DNA from: Dicyema japonicum
Lineage: Eukaryota > Animalia > Dicyemida
Reading direction: 5' to 3'
Length of the DNA: 64,000 bases
Assembly: GCA_011109175.1 (NCBI GenBank)
Contig: RDEW01000030.1
Coordinates: forward strand, 665,937-729,936
The translations under genes were made by a program, and so were the position numbers. Numbering within the stretch: position 1 is the first letter of the stretch; every line of letters begins with the position of its first letter. The notes under the pieces were generated by a model. It ran no database searches, was not told where the DNA came from, and saw only the letters and a list, made by a program, of their open reading frames with translations. This document shows, in pieces, positions 1-12,642 of the stretch.

Positions 1-1345
1 GTACGGAACTACTAATCCCCATACAAAAAAATGAACAAAACCAGAGGACCGCTCGAAAATTTGTGACCCATCATACTACTAAATTCATTACGCAAAGTCT
101 TGGCAAACATTGTGCTTGAACGAATAAAAGGATCTGCTTACAAATACCTACTAGATAGTCAAAGTGGTTTTCGAGATGGGAGATCCACAGCTGATGCGGT
201 CTGGAGTCACAGATGGAGATGTGCAACATATCAAAGATACCGTAACGCCACCTATATTCTGGGAATTGACCTATCAAGAGTTTTTGATACGGTTAACATG
301 AACAAATTAATGGGGGTACTGAGCGGATTTCTTGATGAGTAGAGTCTAAGGATGACCCGAATTTTACTTTCCAACACTGAGCTCCTTGTGAGAGTCGGAA
401 AGACCTATTCAAGAAAATTTGAAACAAACACGGGCACTCCACAAGGAGACTCTCTTTCTCTTCTACTATTCACAATTTATTTGGAAGCCGCTATGAGGGA
501 ACTTAGACCGTTATACCAAGGAAAGACGGAAGAAGTGATCTACGCGGACGATGTAGACCTAATTTCTGAAGACAAAGAGGTCCTGGAAAACCTATTAGAA
601 AAAGCACCAGATGTACTAGGGAAATGGTTTCTTACTATGAATAGAGAAAACAGAACTCACAGAGATAAGAAGGATGAGTAACGTCCTAGAAGAGAAGTGG
701 CGACAAGTAAAGAAACTCGGTTCATTTATGGGAGATAGCGAAGAAATTTTACTCTAGCCAATGCTGCGTTATATAAACTGAAGAATCTATGAAGCTCAAT
801 CAAAGAGGCATCGACACAAAAATGAGAATCCTATTATACGAATCATTCATAAAAACCCGTACTTTTATATAACGCTGGAACTTGGGCGACCTCATCACCG
901 GATATGGAAAACTAGACTCGTTCCACAGAGGTCAGCTGAGAAAAATAACAGGAACTACTTGGCCTACGAGAATATCGAGGAATGCTTTATATAGAGATGC
1001 AGCACTAGACCTATCAGCTTAGAAGTACTGGAATCCCGATGGAAGCTCTTCGGACACGTGCTGAAGATGGAATTAACATCCCCACCGAACATATCTATGG
1101 AAACATACTATGTTAGTCAAGAAGGTCGCTATCGTGGAAGACCTAGAACAACACTGCCAATAGTCTTACAAAAAAACCTGGTCAATATCAAAAGAAATCT
1201 AAAAAATGCCGACGACCTGGATAACATGAGAGCCTTGGCTAGGAACAGGGGAGCATGGAAAAGGATGACATCTAACCTTGTTTCTTTTGCTGCACATGCT
1301 ATAATTAGTGTGGCTCTCGTGAAGTGCTTAAATAATAATAATTAT
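1..1345 (+). mobile_element. Decayed RTE-like non-LTR retrotransposon (RT domain to 3' end; 5' end outside window)
   Basis: ORF pieces carry RT motifs QSGFRDGRSTAD, GIDLSRVFDTV, GTPQGDSLS, YADDVDL and a C-terminal GRPRTTLP..DDLDNMR. The 3' UTR gcacatg..ggctctcgtgaagtgc plus (TAA)n tail recurs elsewhere in the window. Confidence 0.9.
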
Positions 1346-1776
1346 CAATCAGCTGTAGAATTCCGTACGGTATACTTCTCCACTTATAGGAATCGGAATA
1401 CAAATGGCAATAAACATATTCTAGCTTAAATATTTTAGTGCAATAGACTTACACTGGAAGCCCAACCTTTGACGAGAAACCGATATAGACTAGTATTCTG
1501 TAAACTTGGAGTTCCAATCAAGTAGTGTTTTAGTGATGAATTTTATAGTAAAACTTTGAAGGAGCCTTAGTGTTTAGTTATGGTCTCATTTCATGCGAAC
1601 TTGAACTAACAATGTTGATTTTTGGTAACAAAGTTATAGTATTTAAAGATTCAACACCTTTTGAATCCAGAAATTGATGAAAGGAGGAAAAACGTAGGGT
1701 GTTATCAGTCGGATAGTCACACAATATGAAAGATTAATTGTTATGAAATCAAACTTAGTTTTACATATATAACTGA

Positions 1777-2072
1777 ACCGTGTGGCTTAGTGGTTAGGTG
1801 TCGGGCTTAAGTGGCTTAGGCTACGGGTTCGAATCTCGTTGCTGTTCACCTGGTGGAAGGTTCCACGCATCTACGATGCAGAAATGGTTTGACGAGTGAC
1901 GCCGTCATCAGTGAATACTCACTGCGGAACTGGATTTGTCTAGAAAGTACACTCACACAAGAAAAAAAAGAAGTGAAGACCTAGTTCTACGATTAGTTAA
2001 AATTAACTGTTCTTTACTTAAATAAAGTGTGTGTCCTGCCTATGCGGGCTCTCGTGAAAAGGCTTTATTATT
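1777..2072 (+). mobile_element. tRNA-derived SINE (family 1) with RTE-derived 3' tail
   Basis: A box tggcttagtgg, B box/T-arm acgggttcgaatctcgt, tail ggctctcgtgaaaaggc(tta)n. 12-bp TSD atatataactga at 1765-1776 and 2073-2084. Close copy at 46991-47311. Confidence 0.9.
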
Positions 2073-2466
2073 ATATATAACTGAGAAATTAGCTTCGCTC
2101 ACAACATTCTAGTATCTATAAAGTTTTTTCGATAGTGGAGATTTGAAGGAAATCCTCAATAGAGTCGCGGGCGTATTAAATTATTAATTTGAAGGTTGGT
2201 ATCACAACCTTACTACCAATTTGTATAACTTTCTCGTCCCAGTCACACTTGCCGAGCGGACCCGAAAAACCCTGAGAGGTTCCTCAAGAAAGATAACAGC
2301 TTAGTCTGGACGGATTATCGACTAGTCCCAATTATATAGTACTTTGAAATATATGGAGCAAATCGGAGAGAGAACAGCGTAATCCCCTCCCCGAATTTAT
2401 GTTTTTTCAATAATAAAGAAACCTTAAAAAGAACAAAAAAAATCTTAATAAAACACAGTTTTATAA

Positions 2467-4536
2467 TCATTTAATTACTCGAAGGGAATTGTTATGATCT
2501 GAAAGAGTGACCTTGGAGGAACACCGGCGACTACAAACCTAAAATTAGAGAAATCCCAACCAATGAGGCAAATTTAAGCGAGGAAATCATATCAGACATG
2601 TTACCAGCAGAAACATGTACAAACAATACAACTTTGCAGTTCAACGACAACACAGATTTCATGTGCTTCACCAATTTGCAGTTTCCAAAAGCCGAGGTCT
2701 TTTTGTTCTGCACGAAGTTCAATGAAATTTTCAAATTCGGTAATTGAATTATCGATATTTATCGTTACATTCGAACAGAGCTCAACAAATGTTAGCCTGC
2801 CGATGACCTTTTCACCAGAATCCTTAATCCCCTCCATATCTATTCTCAAACATATATGTTTCGAATGAACATCACGTATTTTTCTCAACATCTCAGAAAA
2901 CTCAAGCTAAAAGACTCCCAAACCTGCTCCTGGGAACGAATTCTAACAGCAGCAAAACCGTCCACGTGCACAGACGTATGAAGAGGGCTTTTCCCGTAGT
3001 CCCCCAAAAGGTCAGTAATTTGAGCATCAATTCCCATAGCTGACATCGTAATGTCGTACTAAATTGGTAAAAATGGGTACCTCCATCCTAGTTTCTTTAA
3101 GAGATTCAACCGACTGTAAATAAGGTCACCTGCAAGCCGAATCACTCCACATTGTTCCTTATTACAATCTCCCAAAAAAGTGTATGACTTTCCAGTTCCG
3201 GGTCTTCCGTATGCAACGAAACAAACTCTGTGCCCGTCCAATGAGAATCGAACAAGATCCTTTACCTTATCAAACACAGCTGATTGTGTCACTCCAACCG
3301 AAAACACATGATCAGTCAAAAACTCTGAAATTCCATTAACATTTCGTGTGGTTTTCTACATATTATAACTAAGAGACTCTACCACTGCTGGAAGACAAAA
3401 TTCACAGAAATGTGCCGGTTATCCTTGTGGATAGTAAATATTTTGCATTTTTTCCTTATTTTCCGGCATAAAACGACAAAAAACCTGTACATCATTCTAG
3501 GAGAGTAATTTTACTAAGTAACCTTCAATTTTTGGACTTTTTCATTGAGATATCCTATGTGGCTGTCACCCTTGCCAATTTCAGAGTAGTAGTCATTCAA
3601 TATGGAACTGTAGGTCGAAATTTGTTCATAAAGTCTATTATTTTTATCCTATGCAGTAAGGAACAAATAAACTCGTAGATTTTCTGAAGGATTCCTTAAA
3701 ATTTGTCGACTGTTTTGTATTTTCAGCAATCTGTCGGAGGTTTTCTTGCTTTTTATTCGCCAAAGTAAGAATCTCGACATCTTTTTCATCACACTGTTTT
3801 TTAACCAACTCGATTTTATTTTTTAGTTCACTTGAATGTTAAAGAACTCATCTTACTTAATTTCCCGGTCAAATTCATTTGTCGATTGGTCTTCATTAGA
3901 TTTGATATTCTCGGTTTCCTCTATATGCTTGTTTACCTCATCTTCCATGTCCTTTATCCGTCCTTTGATGTCATAAGGGTTTCGGGAAAGCGACCTTGAA
4001 GACTCTACAATTAAATTAAACACAGAACTTGATGCTGTAGGTACCAAATTCTTTGCTGATACACCTAGATTGAGTAGATTGATATAACCTCCAATATTCT
4101 GCCGTAAACCCACAGTAGATGATGTTTTTGTGGGTCTTGATGACTTCTGTAGAGTTGGCAATGTCGTTGCTGATTTTGCTCTGCCGACAGTTTTCAGAGT
4201 GGTTGACGCTTTCTGACCCACTGAGCTAATCGTCGTAGGTCGTCTTGTAACAGTGGTATTAGATTTGGGAAGATTTGATGAGACCGCAGTAGGGCGACTA
4301 TTATGACTCTGTAGAGTCGATTTTTGAGATGATAAATTAGATTTGGGACGATTATTTACCGTAGTTTCTTTAGGTAGTGATGATTTTTCGGTTGTTAAAG
4401 TTGGTTTCACGCGGTTATTTGAAGTAGTCATGGGTGATTTGTCCCTTTTTGTTATTGAGGAAACGATCCTAGGTTTTAAACAGCTCTTAAAAGTATTTTT
4501 TTATTATACTACTTTGTTCACATGAGACAAAGGCAT
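2467..4536 (-). CDS. Kinesin-14-like protein (low-complexity N-terminus, coiled coil, C-terminal motor domain), multi-exon
   Basis: DHVFSVGVTQSAVFDKVKDLVRFSLDGHRVCFVAYGRPGTGKSYT matches the kinesin-14 P-loop region. C-terminus GNCKLVKHMKSVLSLNCKVVLFVHVSA..ISSLKFAS. Short introns include 4512-4486 (27 nt). Needs at least one 1-nt frame correction near 2734. Confidence 0.85.
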
Positions 4537-4609
4537 TTTGGCGGTAATTTATTTGATTTTTTTTTAAATTTATATAATTATTATTTGACCAACATTAACA
4601 AGTTAATAT

Positions 4610-6230
4610 TTAATAATCAACAACCTCCTTTGCCTGCCTGTTCGTGAGCCTCCTCGGGCAGGTTCGATTCTGGTTGCTGAAACAACTCCGAGAGGCCTTG
4701 TCCAATTGAACCCTCTACCCATGTGGCATCTCCGGGCTCTGCTTCCTATACTCCAGTGTCAGGCTCTCTAGAGACCGCTTTAATACAGTGGACTGTAGAT
4801 AGGCCTGGAGCTTCCTATCTACCCCCAACTGCTTCAGATAACCCTTGTGCTACTTTTTGCAATTCCTTCCCACGTCATTACTATTTGAATAACGAGGACC
4901 TTGCACCAAGCATCTGCCCTATTTCTTTTTTCAAGCAAGTCGTATTTCCTTTTTTTCCATCTCCACAGTCTGCAAACGGTCTTGAGACGTAATGCCAACC
5001 TCTATGATAAGGACTTGGCCAGACTCCTTATCGTGTTCAACAATGTCCGGTTTATTGTGCTTGACTAGCATCGAGGTACGGATAACTCTGTCTACCTTAA
5101 TTTGGACCCTGGTGTTCTCTACTACAGATTGCATTTTATGAGTCCGCAACTTTCTGGTGGCGAATACTATACTTATTCATAGTAGAAGATGAAGACTCCT
5201 TACTACCTCGTTGTGCCTCCACACATAGTCGTGGCTAAATGATAACCGACATACTACTTGACTTACAATGGGGACATGTATTTGTTGATCGACCCCAAAA
5301 AATATTGCAGTCTTTTATATACGTGTATAGCGCCTCCGATCGAGGTGAGTTGTCACCGTATTTTAGCTATATTGTCACGACTTAAGTCGACGTGTGGTAT
5401 CCATTGCTCTGAAGAGTACTTATGAAGGCCTTTTAAGTTGATCTTTTCCATCAAATTATTATATTGAATTCGATCAACGCCTTCACATTTACTAGCCCAC
5501 CATCATCAACACCATAAAGAAGGTCTGATAGTGCATAGGTGAGTTGCCCGTGTTTTCTCGGTCGTTATTATGGCGTACTTCCTAGAGAACACTTGACCCA
5601 GCTATCAAAGTGTCGTGCATTCACATAGGATACGCTCACTTAGTTGGACTACTCCACACAGTCCACGGCTGAATTTATCACGGGGTAAATATAGTCTCTC
5701 CTTATTGGATGCCAGCACATGGACATGGTTTTCTCTCTGAGTACTCACGGATCATAACATCCATCTCATCATACTCTTTGGGCTCAAACTCCACAACACC
5801 TATGTAGTGATTTAGCAGCGAGACAGCATACTCATTTAATGCTAGGAACAAATTCCTTGCATTTAGAGACGTCTTACACAATAACGCTGCTCTTTTACGG
5901 ATGCCTTCAGTAATTTGTCGCTTTGTCTCAGGCATTATAAGGGACTTTGGAGATTCGGTAACACCCAGATACTTATATCCTTCGTGTTCCTTTAGAACTC
6001 TTAATAACTCGCTACATACTTGCGTGTTAGTCGCAGACTTTGAATAATTCAAATCTAGTCCTATACTCTCAAAGAATTCCAAAATCCGAGGGTGCCCCAC
6101 CCCTGGGGTCTGCTCCAATTCGGGGTCGGACTGTAGCACAGAACGTGAACCGGTCAAGAAACACTTCTTAGCCGTTTTTGCAGCAGATAATTCCTTTACT
6201 GGGTTTCCAATACTTCCAAAGATTTCCATC
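4610..6230 (-). mobile_element. 5'-truncated R4/Dong-like non-LTR retrotransposon (RT C-terminus plus restriction-like endonuclease)
   Basis: YKYLGVTE..LNARNLFLALNEYAVSLLNHYIG and HNKPDIVEHDKESGQVLIIEVGITSQDRLQTVEMEKK (PD..E..K RLE motif). Confidence 0.85.
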
Positions 6231-6417
6231 TTAGATCAAGAAAAACCTTTTTTGAATCGAATTTAACATACAACAAGTGACTTCTTTACGTTCCGGCCCA
6301 TTTTAGTAGAAACAAACAAAAAAATCTTGATTACAAAAAACACATTACACAACATTATAGAGTTGCCGAAATTTTTTTTCAAACTCTTTCAGGAACAGGA
6401 TGGTTTGCTAAGAGAGC

Positions 6418-6582
6418 TCCTTCCTTGTCTTCTAATGACAAAGCATGTTTCCTTTTCTAATGACTCATCCTAAAAGACCTCTTTCCTTGTCTTCTAATGA
6501 CTCATCATGTTTCCTCTTCTAATGACTTATTATAAAAGACCTCTTTTCTTGTCTTCTAATGACTTATCATGTTTCCTTCTAC
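6418..6582. repeat. Minisatellite, about 2.7 copies of a ~62-bp unit made of two related halves
   Basis: Unit ctctttccttgtcttctaatgactcatcatgtttcctcttctaatgact..taaaagac is visibly repeated. Confidence 0.85.
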
Positions 6583-7208
6583 TTTAAAACAAGCAATCAG
6601 ATGTAAGCACTCCAAAAGGTCCACATCTCAGCAAATTATCCTAAAAATGTCGTTTGTATATCAAAGCTGTGAGAATCCTGGAAAAAATCAAAAATCCCTT
6701 GCGGCTGATATGGGACACTGATCACAGTTGAGCTTAACACATTTTTTTGTATCATTAGGTTAATAAACGATCATCCAACATAGCTAAAAACAATCATACA
6801 ATCCCCTTCAAGCTGAGGATCTTTAATGGATGACGCGATTCTAACCAGCAACATTGAATTTTCGAGCATCAAAAATGGACAAATATTTTCTTGGACTGAT
6901 TCTTGACAGTTGGTGCCTGACTAATAAAGATTGGATTTAAAAAAAACAAATATTTTATCATAAATACCTCAATCGAGTAAATTAAGACGTAAAAACGTCT
7001 TCTTACATTACAATACTAAAAAAGTAACAAGTTCACCAGATTCAATTCCTTTTTAACCATTTTTTGAATTGAACGAATTTCCCAGAAATCCCGAAGGAAT
7101 AGCCACACAGTTATGGTTGGGGGCCTCTCACACTAATTTTGTCTTAAAAACTCATTAAATTAGTAAAAAGAGGAATAAAAATCTACATTGAAAAAATAAA
7201 ACACCAAA

Positions 7209-8086
7209 TCACCACCCTAAGAAAAACTGAAAAATATCAGCAACAGAATCAGAAAATCTCTTAGGCGGAACAGGCATCACAGAAGCCTAAAAATAACCAA
7301 TCAAGTATACAGCATTCAACTGATCAAACGGCAGTGCACCCCCAGTATGTTGAACTGGCGACTCTGTGAAATCCCGAACTTCACAATTCAATATTTCCTT
7401 AATAAATAGGTCAACTACCGACTGCTTGCACTCCTTTACTCCAACCATCACCTTCAAATGCGGCAGTTTTATGATCTGTCCGTGCATGGCCAAAGCCTTC
7501 TCAGTATTACTGGGATCGTGATACTTTATGTGAAACCAAGTCGACCCTGAGACCGTCTGAAAATGAATGAAAACAAAACTATGTGTTTGGCAATGAGTCC
7601 TATGCGGCTGAAGTACTCAAACACGTCAGAAGCTGACGAAGGAATTATTCTAACGATAAATAATCAAATAAACCCAAAAACAGTCAACCATTCGGGCGTA
7701 GAACCACATCCGATACGACTAAAATTTATCCATTTTTCACTTTAGATTTAAAGGACGGGCGATTTGGGAGATATTTGACCTATTAAGGTAGAGTGAGGAG
7801 TTATTTTGAGGATTCTATAATATTAAGTGGATATTAACATGTTTTGGTGGTTCGTTAGGATTTAGGACTGAGGAATTCAGAACACTCCTTAAATATCACA
7901 AAGAGAAAATACTTGTTTTCCCTATTTGAATCAAAGAATGAAACTCCGTGAAATCTGTTCTCTTTGGTTCTCTAAATATTAAATAAAGTATTTTAGTCGA
8001 GTTAAATTTAATAAATTTACTTCTTTCTGTCGGAAAAGATACGATTTACAAGAATTTGGGTGGCCAATTGAGGAATTGTTTGACAT
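7209..8086 (-). CDS. NUP35: Nucleoporin NUP35/Nup53 (RRM/MPPN domain), multi-exon
   Basis: Spliced translation EWLTVFG..SASDVFEYFSRIGLIAKH..GSTWFHIKYHDPSNTEKALAMHGQII..VMVGVKEC. C-terminal amphipathic helix ..DIFQFFLGW* resembles the Nup35 FGW end. 24-nt intron at 7310-7287. Confidence 0.85.
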
Positions 8087-8239
8087 AACAAAGAAAAAAT
8101 GAAAGCAGGGTCTTATTTTATTATATTTTGATTTAATTTAAAAAATAATATAATTAATTATTATTTTTTCATATTTATTCGTAATAAAGGAATGTTTTTT
8201 ATTATTAATCTTAACTTTATTCACCCTGACCGGATGACC

Positions 8240-10370
8240 CAGTGTAATATTTAAGTGTGTTCATCAGTATAAGTGGTCTGAGGTTATCTACTTTCGTTCT
8301 TGGTTTGTGAGCCTTTCTGACGAGTATCAGGGTCTCCTCTCCCAGCTATAGGGTGATGTAGGTTCTGTAGAAGATACTAGTAATGCTTTCATACTGTTTT
8401 TAAGTTTTATATTTGAAGAATTCGCCGTTGAGATCGTCAGGGATCTTGTCATTTATAAATTTTGAGTTTGATACCTTTTTTTCATGTGGGGTTATTTCCT
8501 CTTCAAGTTCACATCTTATGGAGCTGTCCCAATGTTACCATGGTAATTTGATTTGAACATCTTTTCGAAGTGGCCAGCGATAATCTCACCCCCACTTACA
8601 ATTGATTCACGATCTGTCTCTCTACGTAGTCCCATAAAGTTCCTGGTTGCTTCAGTACTTTGCCTCTAATTCATCTAACAGCCTCATAGAACTTACCATT
8701 GTCCTTGTGGGTTTCAATCATTTTAATCTGATGACTTATGCATTTTCATCGTGGACAATGTCGATTTCCCACTCCCATCTCTGAAACTATCCCTAGTACA
8801 GGAGGTTGCAATAAAGATCATTGGATCAAAACACGGGATCCAGTCTATTAAAATCTTCTAATTGAATTACAACGAAAACTGGGTCAGTCTATCGAATTGC
8901 GAAATATTTACAAACTTTAAAGAAGCTTTGTCCGATGAATTACAGGACTCTCGACCCTGCCGGACTCTTCCTCTTCCCTGTCGAAAATACCAGGGACCAA
9001 TACATCGATTATTATCAGTGTCACTTTAAGATAAGGAATCCGAGAGTTATTGCGTTATCTTTGTGTGAATTTGTCGCTTTTGATGTGATATGTCGACGGT
9101 TGGTCGTATTGGCTGTCTGTACTCAAAATCTCAGAGAGGATGTACCAGAAAAATCTCTGATTCTGTGAAAACCCGATAACCATTCTAGGAGGAGATCTTA
9201 ACTCCAATACCAAGTACTTCGGTTGTAGAAAAACAGCAGGGATGGCAAGCTCTTGAAGAAGCTATCTGAATGCCTTGGGCTAAGAATCCTTATGTCGGAA
9301 GAAGACAATCACTTCTCTCCTTTCGAAGGTGAAAATCTCTGAGATCCTCCACTTTCATATCAAAGTCTGGTAAACTGTACTTAGATCGTTTTAACCATAG
9401 ATCTTCTCATCTTGACCTTTATCTTTTATTTCCTAGAAAACGCAATAATATAAAAGAATCAATTACAGTGAAGTAAATTGTTTCCTGAGTTTATGCGAAG
9501 AACAAGGAAACCTATTTCGGTAAAGGGTTATAAATACGAAGTATTCAAAGTCTTGAAAAAATAGCCCGACCGAGTTTCCTATGCAGAAATTCGAAGGGAC
9601 AATTTCGGAAGGGAATAGGTCAATGGCAATTCTGGAAAGAATCAAACCACTATAAGAGAGTCCTAGAGTTACTAGAAGCTGAGATCAGTTAATTAGTTGA
9701 CTTTGATACCTTGAGCATGAGGTTCTTCAACTGCATGGACTGGAAGTTTACTTCCCTTTCCACTGGTTCTGGGTTTTTTTGTGCGTGATAATAGAAGGTC
9801 TTATGACCACCTCTTATCATGTTCTGCCTCGCCTTCAATTTCTTCCCAGCGCCGGATCTTTTTAATTATCTCTATGAGCATCTTCTTTTGGCTGAAAGGT
9901 TGGATATGTTTAAACCGTAAACCACTGTACTGAATTACCAAAATTAATCTATGGATGTAGTTACTATTTTTCAGTAAACCAACGACATTGGGAAACTTGT
10001 ATTCTTCCAATGGAATATCGTATTTGGATGCAAAACACACAATTCCTCAATGGCCTAATCGAAACAAGAAATCTGAGACATATTGTTCCTATGGTCATGG
10101 ATAGCAAATAGCTAAAGAAGATTTTTCCACCATCTCAAAAGTCCTCAATGATGAAGACAAACCATGATTTTGTATCAACTAGGGCCATTCCTTCCCTAAA
10201 AAGAAACGCTCTTCTGGATACTCCTCCCTAGCAATATACGATTCAGAAGCAATCCTCGATAGTGCTTCTAAAAGAATCCTTCCAGAAATACCTCTCACGT
10301 CAATAGACAATTCAGAGGCAACCCTTGATAGAGATTCCAGAACTCTTCATTTTTAGTATTATATCATGAA
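8240..10370 (-). mobile_element. Heavily decayed Gypsy-type LTR retrotransposon pol region
   Basis: Fragmentary RT, RNase H and integrase-like peptides across frames with many stops. No LTR pair found. Confidence 0.55.
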
Positions 10371-11644
10371 CCGTCCCTTGAGCACATATAATAAAAAACA
10401 ATATTTTTTCTAGATTTATTATATTTAATGATTGTCCCTTCAATTTATTGATGGTCATTTTAAAACTCTTTTTTTAATTTCCGTATATTTGAGTAAGAAA
10501 CACAGCTAGACCAGCGGAACTAGCATAGTCCAGAGCAGTTCTGACGAACTGTTTGAATATAAGTTTAAGGGTGTTTTTTTCTTGTCCAAATTTGACTCCA
10601 GAAACATCAGGTTAAGTTTCGTGTTGTCTTCAGGATGATCCGGTACACGTGGGAAGAGAAAGAGAGGGATTGGTCCTAAATGCTCCCACATATTTCTAAG
10701 TTTTTATCACAGAGAACATTCCCAGATACCTTCACTTCAGAATGAAAATTAAACTGTCTTAAAAATTTAATGTTGCAAGTAAATCGATTGTCAAGTAGCC
10801 ATGTACTTGTAACTTTTTCAAGGCTTCATAAGAGAGTGAGTTTTTTGTTTCTTAAAATATTGCTTAAATTAAGGTTAAATAGAGCGGGAAAGAGGGCAGA
10901 GCTTTGCGAAACCCCGTCTGGTGATCTGACATTTATATTCGTCATTTTACGAAACAAAAAAACGTTAGCAATTTTTCTGCAAAATAATAATTGTTGGAGA
11001 CCACGTGTCGTGATAAAGGCGAGAACGGTTAGGAGAGGCAGTTATGGTTATTGAATGCAATGGCGATAAAGTCAGTGAGTTTAATTAGATGGGAGGTTGT
11101 GGAATGTGGTGGACGTAAGCCATGTTGCGATTTTGATTGGTCGAACAAATAGTAGATGAGGCTAAACCACGATTTTTTTTAATTTTGGAGGTGGCACAAA
11201 AAAAAGAAATAGGGAGGAAAGATTTTGGATCACGTGGATCCATGCTTGTTTTCAGAATAGGAATGTTAGTTGATTTTCCATAAGACAGAGATATTCGACT
11301 TTATGGAATCAGTGAAAATTTCCATGAGAGCTCATAGCCCCTCTGAGCAGAGATTCTTCAGGTTGTAACTACAAATTCCATCCAGGATTCTTGCTGATGA
11401 GAGATCATTCTTAAAGCACTGTTGTCCACGTTGTGGGTTGTCAGAAACATCATGAGTTCATACCTTTACGGTATTCAGCTGTAGAATATTAAGGGCTTTA
11501 GAAGGACTCGGTTATATTCCACGTTTCTGAACATAAATAGTGACTTGAAGGGGATAGAAGGTATTTTAGTAGTTGCTATGGAGAAAATTAGCATCCAAAT
11601 TTCTCCACGAGGAGATGACCGACATAGAAATTCTTTGTTTAGAT

Positions 11645-11880
11645 TTATTAAATTAAAATTATTCCAAAGACCAAGGGTAACCAAACTAACTAACTCCTTG
11701 ATCCTGACTCGTTCCAGCATTCCAGAACTTGTCTCCAGGTAACGAAATTTTCACCCAGGGAAGAATAATCGGATCCTCTTGATGCCGATTGGACGTTTCC
11801 TCAGTAATGGATCCAATGACGCCATCTGAAAATAACTTATGACCAACTAGCCACATTAAACCACATGGAGCCACGCGGCC
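11645..11880 (-). mobile_element. Short non-autonomous retroelement family B (structured core plus Jockey-like LINE tail)
   Basis: Aligns end to end with 55285-55530. Tail ggaacgagtcaggatc..gagttagttag..ggtctttggaataa resembles LINE 3' ends at ~44085-44130 and ~61520-61570. Confidence 0.8.
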
Positions 11881-12079
11881 TATTTTTTTATTTTTTTTAT
11901 TTTAAAGCCTTAAGACCACCAAGAAAAAAAGAATTAACTCTAAATTAAGTGATCCCAGCCTCCAACATGTCTCCTATTCTCTTCGAATGCTCCGCCATGC
12001 GGCCTAAAAAAACTGAATTAATCTTTTTTAACTTTGTATTTCTTCTCCTTTGCTCTCATCGTTTTACGTGGCATAGAGT

Positions 12080-12390
12080 GTGTCTACCGCGCTCCCGACA
12101 ATGTTGGATTGGGCAAAGGGGGTCGACACAAGTAGCATCCCAGACCAAAGGTTCCTTTCTTCAATGGGAAACTTGTGATTCTTCCGTCAGTACGTTTTAC
12201 GTCTCCTCTGTCCAAGCCAACAAATTCAAGTATGGCGGGGTATCCCGCAGACTACAAGGTTTCTTGAAAATTCCGTTGATCGCTATATGTCTTGAGAATC
12301 GTCCTGCACTTCTTAGACAAGATGTGCGTGGTGTCCATAACAGTCGACGGTGGCGCCAAATCGGCATTTGTGAGTCTGGCAGACTTATTA
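12080..12390 (-). mobile_element. CRE-like LINE 3' fragment (CCHC plus RLE)
   Basis: Minus-strand HKCRFGATVDCYGHHAHLV..AGYPAILEFVGLDRGD; closely similar to 38640-38960. Confidence 0.8.
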
Positions 12391-12642
12391 ATAAATAAAT
12401 TTAAATGTAATAATAATATCATTAATCACAGACCGTTAACAACTTATTTAAATAACTAAAACTAATGTCAATCATTATCGTTTGAAAATTTCAAATAGAC
12501 TAGATATGTTGGACATTGATGTTATGTTGACCTTTTTATAGGAAGTCATTGATATCAAAAAAACTCCAAGCAAGCCTGAAATGTCATTATTATATGATTT
12601 TACTGATTAGAACAACAGCTAAAGATATTCCATATTTTGGAG

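Noticed and set aside
1777-1850. Possible tRNA gene
   Set aside because: Only the A box and T-arm are intact; the anticodon and acceptor stems do not pair. The TSD and tail identify a SINE.
4629-4695. gcctcctcgggcagg resembling HDV P3/L3
   Set aside because: No GG for P1.1 and no J4/2 C-A. It is antisense within an R4-like 3' UTR and better explained as an 8-bp hairpin.
6418-6582. CRISPR-like repeat array
   Set aside because: Repeats are degenerate with no unique spacers or cas genes, in eukaryotic context.
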